DNA of 64,000 bases from an uncultured delta proteobacterium (GTDB taxonomy: Bacteria; Myxococcota_A; Polyangia; Polyangiales; Polyangiaceae): the NCBI GenBank assembly GCA_963850305.1, contig CAWKKR010000007.1, positions 32,001 to 96,000 on the forward strand, read 5' to 3'. Position 1 is the stretch's first letter, and the number at the start of each line of letters is the position of its first letter. The notes under the pieces are model-generated. The model worked only from the letters and a program-made list of their open reading frames with translations, did not search any database and was not told where the DNA came from. The translations under genes and the position numbers were made by a program. Of this stretch, positions 40,703-50,890 are shown one piece after another.

Positions 40703-42544
40703 ATGAACGACGGCTCGGCACGACCCGAGGACCCGGAAACCGGCCCCGACCCGCTCATCGGAACGGTCATCGCCGATCGGTATCGGGTGGACGACCGCCT
40801 GGGCACCGGCGGCATGGGCGCCGTTTACCGGGCGGAGCACGTGTTGATGAAGAAGGCCGTCGCGGTGAAGGTGTTGCACCGCGAGATGACGGCGCTCGAG
40901 GAGGTCGTGAAGCGCTTCGAGCGCGAGGCGATCGCGGCGGGACGCATCGAGCACCCGAACGTCGCGGTCGCGACCGACTTCGGCAAGCTCGAGGACGGCT
41001 CGTTCTACCTCGTGCTCGAGTACGTCCCGGGGAGGAGTCTGACGGACGTCCTCGCAGAAGGCGCGCTGCCGGCCGAGCGGGCTCTCTTCATCGCGCGCCA
41101 GGTGGCGTCCGCCCTGGGTGCGGCACACGCGGCCGGCATCGTGCATCGCGACCTGAAGCCGGACAACATCATGCTCATCGACCGTGGCGGCACGACGGAC
41201 TTCGTCAAGGTCCTGGACTTCGGGATCGCGAAGGTGAGCTCGGAGCATACGGGCGGCAATCAGCTGACGCAGCTCGGTGCCGTCTTCGGAACGCCCGCTT
41301 ACATGTCGCCCGAGCAGGCTGCCGGACAGGCCGTCGATCCACGCGCGGACCTTTATGCGCTGGGCCTCGTCCTCCACGAGATGCTCGCGGGTCACGCGGT
41401 GTTCGAGTCCGACGACATGGTGGCGCTCCTGATGAAGCAGCTGACCGAGCCGCCGCCGCCATTGCCGGACACCGTGGACGCGAAGCTCGCGGCGCTGGTG
41501 ATGCAATTGCTCCAGAAGGACCCGAAGGATCGCGTACAGAGCGCCGCCGAGCTCGTCGTGAGCATCGACGCCTGCCTCGGGCCTCTCGCGTTGCCGCCGG
41601 ATAGCTCCGCCTTCGGGCCATTCAGCGCCAGGGTCGTTCCGGCTCCGGCGGCGGCACCCGCGCCCGTCTCGCCTCTGCCACCCCTCGGCGGCGGAGCGCC
41701 GCCTTCGTCGACTCGCGCGGGCGCGCTGTTCGCGACGGTGCTGGCGGTGGCCCCGCGTCCGAGCGGATTACGTCTCGCGGGGCGCGACGTTCCGAGGTGG
41801 CTGGTCGTCGCTGCGGCGGTCGTCGTTCTCGCCCTGGCCCTCGCGCTTCACCATCGTCACTCGACGGCGCTGCCCGTGGGACATCGTGCCGCGCCGCCGC
41901 CCGTCGAGCTCGCGCCCATCATCGCGCGTGCGAAGGTAGGCGACCGTGCCGCGATCGCGCAGCTCGAGGCACGGCCGGCGACCACGCGGACCGCCGCGGA
42001 GTGGATGGCGCTCGGCAAGGGTCACGCCGTGTTCGCCGAGTACGGTCCCGCGCTCCTCGCCTTTCGCCATGCGGTGACCCTCGACCCGCCTCTCGCCTCC
42101 GATGCCGGGATGCTCGCGGACGTGCGCCGGGCCGCGGACGACGATTCCGCGCAGAAGGACGCGCTCGATCTCGCCGCAGGGCCCCTGATGGCGAGCGGTG
42201 CGGACCTCCTGTTCGACGTGTGGGCGTCGACGAACGATAAGACGCAGGCGACGATCCTCGCCAAGTCCCTCCTCGACCGCGACGACGTCGAGGCTCACGG
42301 GTCTCCGGCGCTCCGCGTCGCGCTCGATCTGCGTCGCGCCACCAAGTGCGACGACGTGAAGAATCTGCTCCCGGCGGCTCTCGCCGATGCGGACGAACGG
42401 TCGGTGCGAAGGCTCACCCAGCTCGCCACTCGACGCGGCTGTGGCTTTCTCGGTCTCGGCGACTGCTATCCTTGTCTGCGCTCGGACGACCAGCTCTCGG
42501 ACGCGCTGAAGGCCGCGCAAACCAGGAAGGCCCCCAGATTCTAG
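40703..42544 (+). CDS. Hanks-type Ser/Thr protein kinase, membrane-spanning
   Basis: GTGGMGAVY, VAVK, HRDLKPDN, DFG, GTPAYMSPE; TM helix; helical C-terminal domain. Confidence 0.95.
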   Translation: MNDGSARPEDPETGPDPLIGTVIADRYRVDDRLGTGGMGAVYRAEHVLMKKAVAVKVLHREMTALEEVVKRFEREAIAAGRIEHPNVAVATDFGKLEDGSFYLVLEYVPGRSLTDVLAEGALPAERALFIARQVASALGAAHAAGIVHRDLKPDNIMLIDRGGTTDFVKVLDFGIAKVSSEHTGGNQLTQLGAVFGTPAYMSPEQAAGQAVDPRADLYALGLVLHEMLAGHAVFESDDMVALLMKQLTEPPPPLPDTVDAKLAALVMQLLQKDPKDRVQSAAELVVSIDACLGPLALPPDSSAFGPFSARVVPAPAAAPAPVSPLPPLGGGAPPSSTRAGALFATVLAVAPRPSGLRLAGRDVPRWLVVAAAVVVLALALALHHRHSTALPVGHRAAPPPVELAPIIARAKVGDRAAIAQLEARPATTRTAAEWMALGKGHAVFAEYGPALLAFRHAVTLDPPLASDAGMLADVRRAADDDSAQKDALDLAAGPLMASGADLLFDVWASTNDKTQATILAKSLLDRDDVEAHGSPALRVALDLRRATKCDDVKNLLPAALADADERSVRRLTQLATRRGCGFLGLGDCYPCLRSDDQLSDALKAAQTRKAPRF

Positions 42545-42565
42545 AGCGAGCGGGCGAGCGTTCCC

Positions 42566-43915
42566 TCATTCTTCGACGAAACTCTTCAGGTTTCGCGAAC
42601 GGCTCGCGCGGCGGAGCTTGTGGAGCGCGCGTCCCTCGATCTGACGAACGCGCTCGCGCGTCACGGAGAAGTCGCGTCCGACCTCCTCCAGAGTGTGTTC
42701 GGTTTTTTCGTCCAGACCGAAGCGCATTCGAATGACCTTCTCCTCGCGGGGCGTCAGAGTCTTCAGGAGATCGCGGGCGCGGTGCTGCATGTCCCGCAGG
42801 ATGACGTCTTCGGCCGGACTCGGGAACCGGTCGTCCTCGACGAAATCACCGAGCCGCGAGTCTTCTTCGTCTCCGACGGGCGTTTCGAGACTGACGGGTT
42901 CCTTGGCGAGCTTGAGCAACATCTCGACGCGCTCGAGCGGCACGTCCGCGCGCGCGGCGAGCTCGTCCGGAGACGGCTCCCGTCCCAGTTCCTGCACGAG
43001 CCGCGCCGACGTCCGGAGGACCATGTTCAAGGATTCGATCATGTGAACCGGGATGCGGATCGTCCGCGCCTGATCCGCGAGCGCGCGCGTGATCGATTGC
43101 CGGATCCACCACGTCGCGTACGTGCTGAACTTGTACCCACGCCGGTATTCGAACTTCTCGGCCGCCCGCATCACGCCGATGTTGCCCTCCTGGATGAGGT
43201 CGAGGAAGTTGAGGCCACGGTTCACGTATCGCTTCGCGAGCGACACGACGAGCCGGAGATTGGCCTGGACGAGCTCCGCCTTCGCTATGTTCGCCTTCTT
43301 TTCTCCCTCGGCGATGAGCCGGAGTGTCTCGAGTAGCTCGCGGCGATGGAGCGACGACCGCTCTTCGTCGAGCCTGGCACGCACGGTCGAAATCAGGCCG
43401 CGCAGCGCCCCTTCCGTGAGGCGCATCTCTTCGAACGCGGTCGTGCTCTCCTGAGCGAGGCGGCTGAGCTCGGCGTCGACGATCGCCCGGCGCTCTCCGC
43501 TCGTGCGCACGCGCTCCGAAGCGAGCGCCGACCGGTTCGCCTCGAGCTTCTCGACTCGAGCGACGAGTCGCGCGAGTCGTTCCTCGGCCGCCACCTCGTC
43601 GAAGGACTCCGGATCGTCCTCCGCATCGCGCACGACGTCCCCGACGCGGAGTTTCTGTGTCCGTACCCGGTCCATGAGCTCGGAGATCCCCCGCGCGGCG
43701 GTCGGGCACGCGAACAATGCTCCGTGCGCCTGTCGCGTTCCTTCTTCGATGGCCTGACCCACGCGGACTTCCCCCTCACGACTGAGGAGCGGCAAGCGCG
43801 ACATCCGGCTCAGATACGCGTTGAGCGAATCTTCGTGCGTCGGACCGAGGGGATCGCGCGCGCGGCTCTGCCGCGGACGCGGGCCGGGCGGGGATGAGGA
43901 TCGATGTTCGCTCAC
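42566..43915 (-). CDS. RpoD-like sigma-70 factor lacking region 1.1 (start uncertain)
   Basis: [54 protein letters not shown]. Confidence 0.92.
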   Translation of the reverse strand: MSEHRSSSPPGPRPRQSRARDPLGPTHEDSLNAYLSRMSRLPLLSREGEVRVGQAIEEGTRQAHGALFACPTAARGISELMDRVRTQKLRVGDVVRDAEDDPESFDEVAAEERLARLVARVEKLEANRSALASERVRTSGERRAIVDAELSRLAQESTTAFEEMRLTEGALRGLISTVRARLDEERSSLHRRELLETLRLIAEGEKKANIAKAELVQANLRLVVSLAKRYVNRGLNFLDLIQEGNIGVMRAAEKFEYRRGYKFSTYATWWIRQSITRALADQARTIRIPVHMIESLNMVLRTSARLVQELGREPSPDELAARADVPLERVEMLLKLAKEPVSLETPVGDEEDSRLGDFVEDDRFPSPAEDVILRDMQHRARDLLKTLTPREEKVIRMRFGLDEKTEHTLEEVGRDFSVTRERVRQIEGRALHKLRRASRSRNLKSFVEE

Positions 43916-44157
43916 GGGTGTTTGGATTCGCGCGGCAAGCAGGGGCAATCCTAGCGCACCCGGGCCCCGGGTGCCCGCCGCCGGTCCTGGACGTGCGGCG
44001 CGTACCCCTCGCACTGAACGGAAAAGGAGAGCAGTGGCGGCTGGCCCATACCGTATTCGGCCCCTTCGGACGCTTCGCGCTTGGCAGCGACCCCCGCACC
44101 CGCTTGAATACAGGCCGACTTTGGGCGCGAACGCGCGAGCGCCCCCGGCGTAGGGAA

Positions 44158-45870
44158 ATGGACGTCGACTTCTACACGCTCGAGCGGCACGTTCAGGATC
44201 GTTTTGCCGATGCGACGCGAGGCATCGGTTTGCCGACGCCGCTACTGCGCGAAGCGTCGAAGGACTACTCGGACGTCTTCTGGCTCGTCGGGGCGGCGGT
44301 CTCGCTGATCGCGCTCGGCTTTTCCGCGCTCGTCGGATTCGGCAATCTCGACAGCTCGATGGCGATCGCGAGACCCAGTGTTGCCGTGGTCTCGGCGGTC
44401 GTCGTTGCAGCCGCGGCGTATTGCGTCCTCCGGTTCTTCGCGATCCGGGATGGGCGTGCGAGGATTCCCTACCTCCCCGGCCTCTACCTGTTTCCCGCAG
44501 GCGTGTTCGACGCTCGCGCCGAGCCCATCCGCGTCTTCTTGCACCCCGACATAAAGGAAACGAAGGTCGTCGGTGACGCGGTGTGCTTCGTGACGGGTGG
44601 AGGCTCATTCCTGTTCAATGCCGGTGATGCCGGCATGGCGGCAAGAGTCGAGGAGGCCTTCGCTCGGGCGGCCGAGCAGTGCGCCCAGGTCCTGCAGACC
44701 GCGAACCGGCGCGAGCAGGCGATGCTCGATCCTCTCGTCGATAGCGGATTTTCGAGCCCGTTTTCCCCGCAGATGCGCATCGCTCGTCGGGTGCCCCTCT
44801 GGGCCAAGGTGGCTCCGGTCATCGCGCTTGCCTTCGGAGCCGCGCTCGGGCCGCTGCTCTGGAAGGTCCGGAACGTCGTGAGTGAGGAGCGGATCTACGC
44901 AGCGGCGGTTCATCGGAACGATGTGGCGAGCTATCGCGAATACCTGGCGCGAGGCGGACCTCGGGCGGACGTCGCGGAGGTCAGATTGCCGCGTGCGGAG
45001 CTCGCCGAGGCCGTCCATGCGGGTACGGTGGAAGCGATCGAGCAGTTCGCGGCGACGCACCCGGACTCGAAGATTGCCGGCGAGATCGACGCGGCGCTCC
45101 ACGCCGCGGTGGGCGTGGAGCTCGACGCCGCCATCCACGCCGGTACCGTGACGGCCCTTCGCGCGTTCCGCGTCAAGAGGAGCAAGTACGCTTTCACCGC
45201 CCCGGCCGTGGAAGCCGCGACCGTCGCGATTTATCGCCGCCTTCTCGCTCGCTTCGCAGCTGGTAAGGACCCCGCCGTCGTCTCGTTCTTCGAACGCCTG
45301 CTCGGTTATGCCAAGGCTCATGGCCCCGGCGTGCACGTGCTCTTCGTTCGCCGGATCACCGACTCGGTCGGGGCCGCCGACAATCAGGTGAAGATGAGCG
45401 CGTATTACATGGGGAAGCAGTCTCTGCCGTCGCAGTACTTCGTGGGCGATTACGCGGCGCGGCGGGAAGCCGCTGCGGCCGACCGTCTCGCCCATGTCAT
45501 CGGCGATCCGTTCCCGGCCGACGTGCTGGCCGTCACGACGCTTCCCGCGTTCACCGATCCCGGCGCGCCGCCCGCCCCGACGGAGCCCACGCTCAGCGTG
45601 GAATACGCCCCGGAACTGGCGGGCGGCTACATGAGTCCCAAGCCGCGAGGCGTGTTCGTCGGGGTGGGGATGACGTTCAAAGCGTCGTTCCAGATCCCAG
45701 GTGACGACCAGCCGCTCGAGGTCAAGTCGTCCTTGTGGCGCGCGCCGACCCCGCAGGTCTTGCGAGACCCGGGGACATCGGTGTCGGACGTCTACGACAA
45801 GATGGCGGGGGACGGCTTCGCGAAGTTCGTGAAGGACTTCTCGGCGCTCCTGGGAGTTCCTGGCTCCTGA
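44158..45870 (+). CDS. Hypothetical membrane protein
   Basis: Long ORF with three hydrophobic segments; AGGGA before ATG 44158. Confidence 0.75.
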   Translation: MDVDFYTLERHVQDRFADATRGIGLPTPLLREASKDYSDVFWLVGAAVSLIALGFSALVGFGNLDSSMAIARPSVAVVSAVVVAAAAYCVLRFFAIRDGRARIPYLPGLYLFPAGVFDARAEPIRVFLHPDIKETKVVGDAVCFVTGGGSFLFNAGDAGMAARVEEAFARAAEQCAQVLQTANRREQAMLDPLVDSGFSSPFSPQMRIARRVPLWAKVAPVIALAFGAALGPLLWKVRNVVSEERIYAAAVHRNDVASYREYLARGGPRADVAEVRLPRAELAEAVHAGTVEAIEQFAATHPDSKIAGEIDAALHAAVGVELDAAIHAGTVTALRAFRVKRSKYAFTAPAVEAATVAIYRRLLARFAAGKDPAVVSFFERLLGYAKAHGPGVHVLFVRRITDSVGAADNQVKMSAYYMGKQSLPSQYFVGDYAARREAAAADRLAHVIGDPFPADVLAVTTLPAFTDPGAPPAPTEPTLSVEYAPELAGGYMSPKPRGVFVGVGMTFKASFQIPGDDQPLEVKSSLWRAPTPQVLRDPGTSVSDVYDKMAGDGFAKFVKDFSALLGVPGS

Positions 45871-45883
45871 GAATCGGGTCCGC

Positions 45884-47536
45884 TCACCCGGGGCGACGTC
45901 GCTCGCGGCGCCATGCGGCGAATCGCTCGGCGGGCATCGGCCTCGCGTGGAGAAACCCTTGCGCGATCGTGCACCGGAGATCCCGCAAGAATTCGGCCTC
46001 CGCCTCGGTCTCGACGCCTTCCGCGACCACCGTCAGGTTCAGGCTGTGCGCGAGCGCGACGATGGCATTCGTGATGGCGGCGTTCTCCGTGTTGAGTGGC
46101 AGCCCGCGCACGAACTCCTTGTCGATCTTGATCGTGTCCATCGGAAAGTGTTTCACGTACCTGAGCGACGCGTAGCCCGTGCCGAAGTCGTCGACGGCGA
46201 CGCGGACGCCGCTCTGGCGCAAGGTCTTGAGCGCGTCGCGTACGGCCGGCGTCGTATCCAGCATCACTCCCTCGGTGAGCTCCAGCGTGAGTAGCTCCGC
46301 GTCGAGCTTCGTTTCCGCGAGCGCGCTCTGCACGACGCGAACGACGTCACCGAGAATGAATTGCCGTGCCGACACGTTGACGCTGATCTTGAGCGGCTCG
46401 CCGGCGGCAGCCCACGTCGCCGCTTGCCGGCATGCCTGTCGCAGAACCCACTCGCCGACCTCCTCGATCAAGTCGGCGCTCTCGAGCAGCGGGACGAACT
46501 CCGACGGCTCGATCACGCCCAGCCCTTCGTCGCGCCATCTGAGCAACGCTTCGGCCCCGACGAGCTCATCCGTCTCGAGATCGATCTGCGGCTGATACTC
46601 GATCAAGAAGTCCTCGCGTTCGAGCGCACGTTCGAGCGCGCGCTCGAGGGCCATTCGCCGTGACACGAGGCCCGTCGTGGGCGAGCTCGGAAACCGAAAC
46701 GTGCTGCCCCCGGCTCCCGCGGCGAGGGTCAGGGCCTCCCTGGCGCGCTGGGTGAGAAGCTCGGCGTCCTCGCCGTCCTCGGGGAACACGGCGATCCCGA
46801 CACTGGGCGCGAGAGCCACTTGCTTGCCGCGCACCGACGCGGGCACCCCGAGCTCGACGAGGACCCGCTCCGCGATGCGCCCGGCGCGAAACTTCGGATC
46901 GCGCTCTTCCACGAGCACGAAGAACGTATTTTCCGAACGACTCAGCGTCTCCACGTCCAGCAAGGACGACCGGACGCGCTCGAGCGCGATACCCTGGAGC
47001 ATCGCCACCACGCCTGGGTCCGGCTTTTCTTCCGAGCGCGCCCCGTCCCAGCGGATCGCGAGCAACCCGGCGCCCCCGAAACCGCGCCGCGCCCGCGCGA
47101 TCGCGTTCTCGAGGCGGTACTGCAACGCCTGGGCGCCGACCGTCGGGGCAGCCTGGTCCGTCCGTTCGACGCGGCGTTCCCGGGAAGCGCGGGCGATCGC
47201 GTGCCGCACCGCGCGGTCCAGCGTGGTCGCCGACAGATCGCCCTGCACGAGTACGTCCGCCACGCCGCGCGCGAGGGTCTTGGCTTCGAACGCAGCGTCC
47301 GGCCGGCGAACGAGCACGATGACCGGACGCGCGCCGCGCCGCGCGATGGCCTGGGCGAGGCCCGCGCCGCGCCCACTTCCGAACAGCGCATCGATGAGAT
47401 ACACGTCGTGCTCGTCGCGCTCGAGTGCGGACTTCGCGAACTCGTAGCTCCCTTCCCAGTCCACCTCGTGTGCCCCTCCGAGCATCCCCGAAAGGCGTTC
47501 GTCGCGAGCGTCGGAGCAGAAGAGAACGCGGAGCAT
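45884..47536 (-). CDS. REC-like + degenerate GGDEF + EAL phosphodiesterase
   Basis: YQPQ, EALLRW, NVS, ELTE, DDFGTGY, KID, AEGVE, QG; GGDEF position replaced by SENTF. Confidence 0.9.
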   Translation of the reverse strand: MLRVLFCSDARDERLSGMLGGAHEVDWEGSYEFAKSALERDEHDVYLIDALFGSGRGAGLAQAIARRGARPVIVLVRRPDAAFEAKTLARGVADVLVQGDLSATTLDRAVRHAIARASRERRVERTDQAAPTVGAQALQYRLENAIARARRGFGGAGLLAIRWDGARSEEKPDPGVVAMLQGIALERVRSSLLDVETLSRSENTFFVLVEERDPKFRAGRIAERVLVELGVPASVRGKQVALAPSVGIAVFPEDGEDAELLTQRAREALTLAAGAGGSTFRFPSSPTTGLVSRRMALERALERALEREDFLIEYQPQIDLETDELVGAEALLRWRDEGLGVIEPSEFVPLLESADLIEEVGEWVLRQACRQAATWAAAGEPLKISVNVSARQFILGDVVRVVQSALAETKLDAELLTLELTEGVMLDTTPAVRDALKTLRQSGVRVAVDDFGTGYASLRYVKHFPMDTIKIDKEFVRGLPLNTENAAITNAIVALAHSLNLTVVAEGVETEAEAEFLRDLRCTIAQGFLHARPMPAERFAAWRRERRRPG

Positions 47537-47674
47537 CGGCTCGAAACGGTCAGCCTCACGCTAATACAGAATACGCCCGGCGCGTTCGCGGAGTTCCGGG
47601 CACGGGGGCGCGTATCCAATGTGGGAGCGTCGCGCCGGCTCGACGGCGGGCTCCGGGGTGCTTACGCTCGAATC

Positions 47675-48034
47675 ATGCGCTGGTGCTGGCAGACCCTCGG
47701 AGGAGCAGCGATTCTGTTGGTTTCTGGATGCATGGAGCAGCCGGCGGAGGCTCCTCCGCGCTCGGGTGCCTATGATTATCCTCCGCCGCCGAGCCAGACG
47801 GCGAACGGGCAGGTCGTCGGCGCGGACGAGATGTCGCCCCAGGACAAGCTCGCCAGCGGTCCGCGAGTGGGTTCGGAGGGCTTCTTGCCGGCCGGAAGGC
47901 CCGCGGGCCCCGAGCAGAAAAAGAAACCTCAGCCACCGAGCTCATCGTCACAGTCCGCGCAGCAGCCGTGCGCTCAGGGTGGCGTGACGGCGAACGGCAC
48001 TCCGGCGCCGCCCTGCAAGACCCAGGGGCAGTGA
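47675..48034 (+). CDS. Small Pro/Gln-rich lipoprotein
   Basis: MRWCWQTLGGAAILLVSGC lipobox. Confidence 0.6.
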   Translation: MRWCWQTLGGAAILLVSGCMEQPAEAPPRSGAYDYPPPPSQTANGQVVGADEMSPQDKLASGPRVGSEGFLPAGRPAGPEQKKKPQPPSSSSQSAQQPCAQGGVTANGTPAPPCKTQGQ

Positions 48035-48071
48035 CGGACGCGGCGCCAGGCTTTCCACGTTCCCCGGAGCG

Positions 48072-49064
48072 TCACTTCAGCTCGACGTCCTTCGCTCCCG
48101 GGCCGAGCAAGGTCCCGCACATCGTCTTGCAGAGGGCGTCCTTCGGCTTGCAGGTGCACGCGCCGCGCTTCTTCAGCGCGAGTTTCTCCCTCATCTCTTC
48201 GACCGTGAAGCGCGCGTAGCCCTCGATCGTCCTGAAGGGCGTCTTCTTCTTGACCTGCTTCGGCGTCCTCGGATCCGTCGGTTTCCCGTCCGGTTCCTCG
48301 CAGCACCGGAAACCGAGGTAGTAGTAATAAAACCCCTCGTCGTGCGTGTAGATCTTGGGGCGGCACTGGTTTCGCACGCCCTTGTACCAGGGGCCTCCCG
48401 TGTTCACGCTGTCGAACTTGCCCTTCCAGTCGCTCGTGAACGTCTCGCTCGAGACCACGTCGTCCGTGTTGCCCGCGAGATCCGCGATGCCGAAGTCACT
48501 CACGCACCCTGGTTCTGCCCCGTTACGTACGCCCTGCCAGAGCCGTGCGAGCTCCTCGGGGTCACGCTGGGCGACCTTCTTCATGTTCGGCTTGTCCCAC
48601 TCGCGATCGCCGTTGCACTTGTTCGGGTCGCGCACGTAACCGTACGGGAACGGTTTCATCTCCGGACCCTCGCACGCGAAGGTCCATTCGCTCTCCGTGC
48701 ACATGCGCTTGCCGACCGAAGCGCACTTCACCTGTGCTTGATAGAAGTTGTTCATCACCTCCGGTCGGTCGCCCTTCACGTTCGGCCAGGAGTACTCGTC
48801 GATGCAAAACCGCTTGTGCACGCGCTCCCCGACGCATTTCGTCGGCGGCTTGAACGCCTCGCAGACGACCTTCTTGTTCGGCACGTCGAACCAGCTCTTC
48901 AGACACTCCTGCTCGACCTCGGTGCAATAGTCGCCCTCGACGAGCTTCATGCCGCTCGGGCACGCGCTGCCGTCCGACGCCGCACTCGCGGATTCCGCTG
49001 CGCCCCGCACAGGCCACCAGCTCACGAGGACGAGCGCCGCCAGGACTCCGAGAACGAACCGCAT
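48072..49064 (-). CDS. Secreted SUMF1/FGE-sulfatase domain protein
   Basis: CPSGM, FCIDEY, GKRMCTESEWTFACEG, DLAGN, LGFRCC. Confidence 0.88.
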   Translation of the reverse strand: MRFVLGVLAALVLVSWWPVRGAAESASAASDGSACPSGMKLVEGDYCTEVEQECLKSWFDVPNKKVVCEAFKPPTKCVGERVHKRFCIDEYSWPNVKGDRPEVMNNFYQAQVKCASVGKRMCTESEWTFACEGPEMKPFPYGYVRDPNKCNGDREWDKPNMKKVAQRDPEELARLWQGVRNGAEPGCVSDFGIADLAGNTDDVVSSETFTSDWKGKFDSVNTGGPWYKGVRNQCRPKIYTHDEGFYYYYLGFRCCEEPDGKPTDPRTPKQVKKKTPFRTIEGYARFTVEEMREKLALKKRGACTCKPKDALCKTMCGTLLGPGAKDVELK

Positions 49065-49076
49065 CGATCGCGATAT

Positions 49077-49130
49077 ACTAGGAAAGGGCGGCCTTGCGCC
49101 CCGCGGCTCGCTCCGCGACCGCTCCCCCCG
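49077..49130 (-). repeat. Second member of the 27791-27878 dispersed repeat
   Basis: Reverse complement reads GGGGAGCGGTCGCGGAGCGAGCCGCGGGGCGCAAGG..CCCTTTCCTAG. Confidence 0.65.
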
Positions 49131-49201
49131 CGCGAGCTGCGCTTCCCGCGCTCGAAGCGGCACTCGCGGTGGAGCTCGACGAACAGGGCCGGTAGCGATC
49201 G

Positions 49202-50890
49202 CTACGGCGCGTTCCGGAGGCCGAAGGCGGTCTCCCGCTCCTTGTGGCACTCGGGGCTCGGTCCCCAGAGCACGCCGATCTGCCCGCCGTAGAAGGGCCC
49301 CCAATCGCTCGTGGGTTTCTCGAGGATGGGTTCTGCGAACAGTCCCCAATCGCAGAGCGGCTGAATATCGAGCTCGGCGTAGGCGCCGAACGCGCCCTCG
49401 GGCTTCCCCGTTCGCACCTGGTCGAGATTGACCTCCTCGAGCGCCACGCTCGGCCCGAAGCCGAACGAGACGACGTTGAACGGGATCCGGAGCCCCAGAC
49501 GAGCGCCGAAGCGGTCCCACGCCACGTGCGCGGACGAGGGAAGCGAGTAGTTCGTGCGGAACGTCCGGCGCGCCATGGACCCCGCCGCGAGCGAGCCGTT
49601 CAGCCAGACTCCGAACCATCGACCGACCGCCCCCACTTCGCCGGCGACCCCGGTGGCCGCCACGCCGTTCGACGAATATTCTTCGGGTACATCGTTCGTG
49701 ATGTCTCCGCCCGCGAACCACAACCCGAGCCCGGCGCGAAACCAGCCCGGCGAGCCTTGCGGGCCACGGAACAACACGAACCGGCTCGACTCGAGCGCTC
49801 CGGTCACGTCCGCGCCCTTCACGGGGTCGACCGTGAGCTTCAAGTCCCGCGACCGGCAGCCGACACCCGAGATACGGATCGTGTGCGGACCAGGCGCCGT
49901 CGGATACTCGACGTGCTCCACGACGTTCTTGCCGAGTTCCGCGTTCAGACGTTGCTTGACCGGACCGGGCGGCAACACCTCCGGCCCGTCGAGGTAGACG
50001 ACGAGTCCATCCTCGGGGCCTCTCGGCTCGGCATCGCCGCACCCCACCGCGACGCGCAACATCGGTTTCACGACGGCAGCGGTCGCCTCGGGCTCCAGCA
50101 CAACGTTCAGCGACCGTGTCTCCTTGTCCTGGACGACAATCTCGGTCTGGTACGGATGCATTCCGGGGGCGGTGACGCGCAGCTGATGCCCGCCGCTCGG
50201 GATCGTTTGTTCCACCTTGGTCGTGCCGATCTGCTGGTCGTCCAGGAAGATGGCCGCGCCCGCCGGGGCGTCGACGATGAGCTTGCCTTGATGGACTTCT
50301 CTTACGAGAGCGACGTCCACGGTGACGCTGGCGCTGCCCCCGACGGGGAGCGTCTTCTCGAACGGTCGAAAGTCCGGCTTGACGATGCGCAGGTGCCGCT
50401 CGCCGATGTCGAGCACGACGGGCGCCGCGAGCGGGGAGGTGCCAATCAACTCGTCATCCACGAAGATCTGCGCGCCCGCCTCGTTTACTCGAAACGTCGC
50501 CTGCGTCGTGAACGGCGCGAGCGTCGCGATGAGATCCGCGGCGTCCGTCTTGTCCTTCGCGGACAAGACGGTCGCGCCTTCTTTCTCGTACCGCTCGAGC
50601 GTCGCGATGACCTTCGAATAGTGGCGCAGGTTTTTCTCGCAGAAGGCGACGTCCCACAACACGCGTGGGTCCTTCGACGCGTCGTACGCACCCTGGAATT
50701 TGATGAGCGCGCCTGCGAAGTCCCCGTCGTTCGCGAGGAGCTTGGCGGCTTCGAAATCCGCCCGGGCATCGCCGGTCAGTGTCTGGGAAAGAGACTTCGG
50801 CTTCGCGTGCGGAGCGGCGAGCGCGGAGGGGACGCCGAGGGCAACACTGACCAGCGCAAGGGCGATGCCGGCGCGGCGCACGCGCTTCAT
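49202..50890 (-). CDS. TPR-like + PEGA domain protein with C-terminal barrel-like region
   Basis: Signal peptide; GAQIFVDDELIGTSPL and GAAIFLDDQQIG PEGA repeats. Confidence 0.85.
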   Translation of the reverse strand: MKRVRRAGIALALVSVALGVPSALAAPHAKPKSLSQTLTGDARADFEAAKLLANDGDFAGALIKFQGAYDASKDPRVLWDVAFCEKNLRHYSKVIATLERYEKEGATVLSAKDKTDAADLIATLAPFTTQATFRVNEAGAQIFVDDELIGTSPLAAPVVLDIGERHLRIVKPDFRPFEKTLPVGGSASVTVDVALVREVHQGKLIVDAPAGAAIFLDDQQIGTTKVEQTIPSGGHQLRVTAPGMHPYQTEIVVQDKETRSLNVVLEPEATAAVVKPMLRVAVGCGDAEPRGPEDGLVVYLDGPEVLPPGPVKQRLNAELGKNVVEHVEYPTAPGPHTIRISGVGCRSRDLKLTVDPVKGADVTGALESSRFVLFRGPQGSPGWFRAGLGLWFAGGDITNDVPEEYSSNGVAATGVAGEVGAVGRWFGVWLNGSLAAGSMARRTFRTNYSLPSSAHVAWDRFGARLGLRIPFNVVSFGFGPSVALEEVNLDQVRTGKPEGAFGAYAELDIQPLCDWGLFAEPILEKPTSDWGPFYGGQIGVLWGPSPECHKERETAFGLRNAP

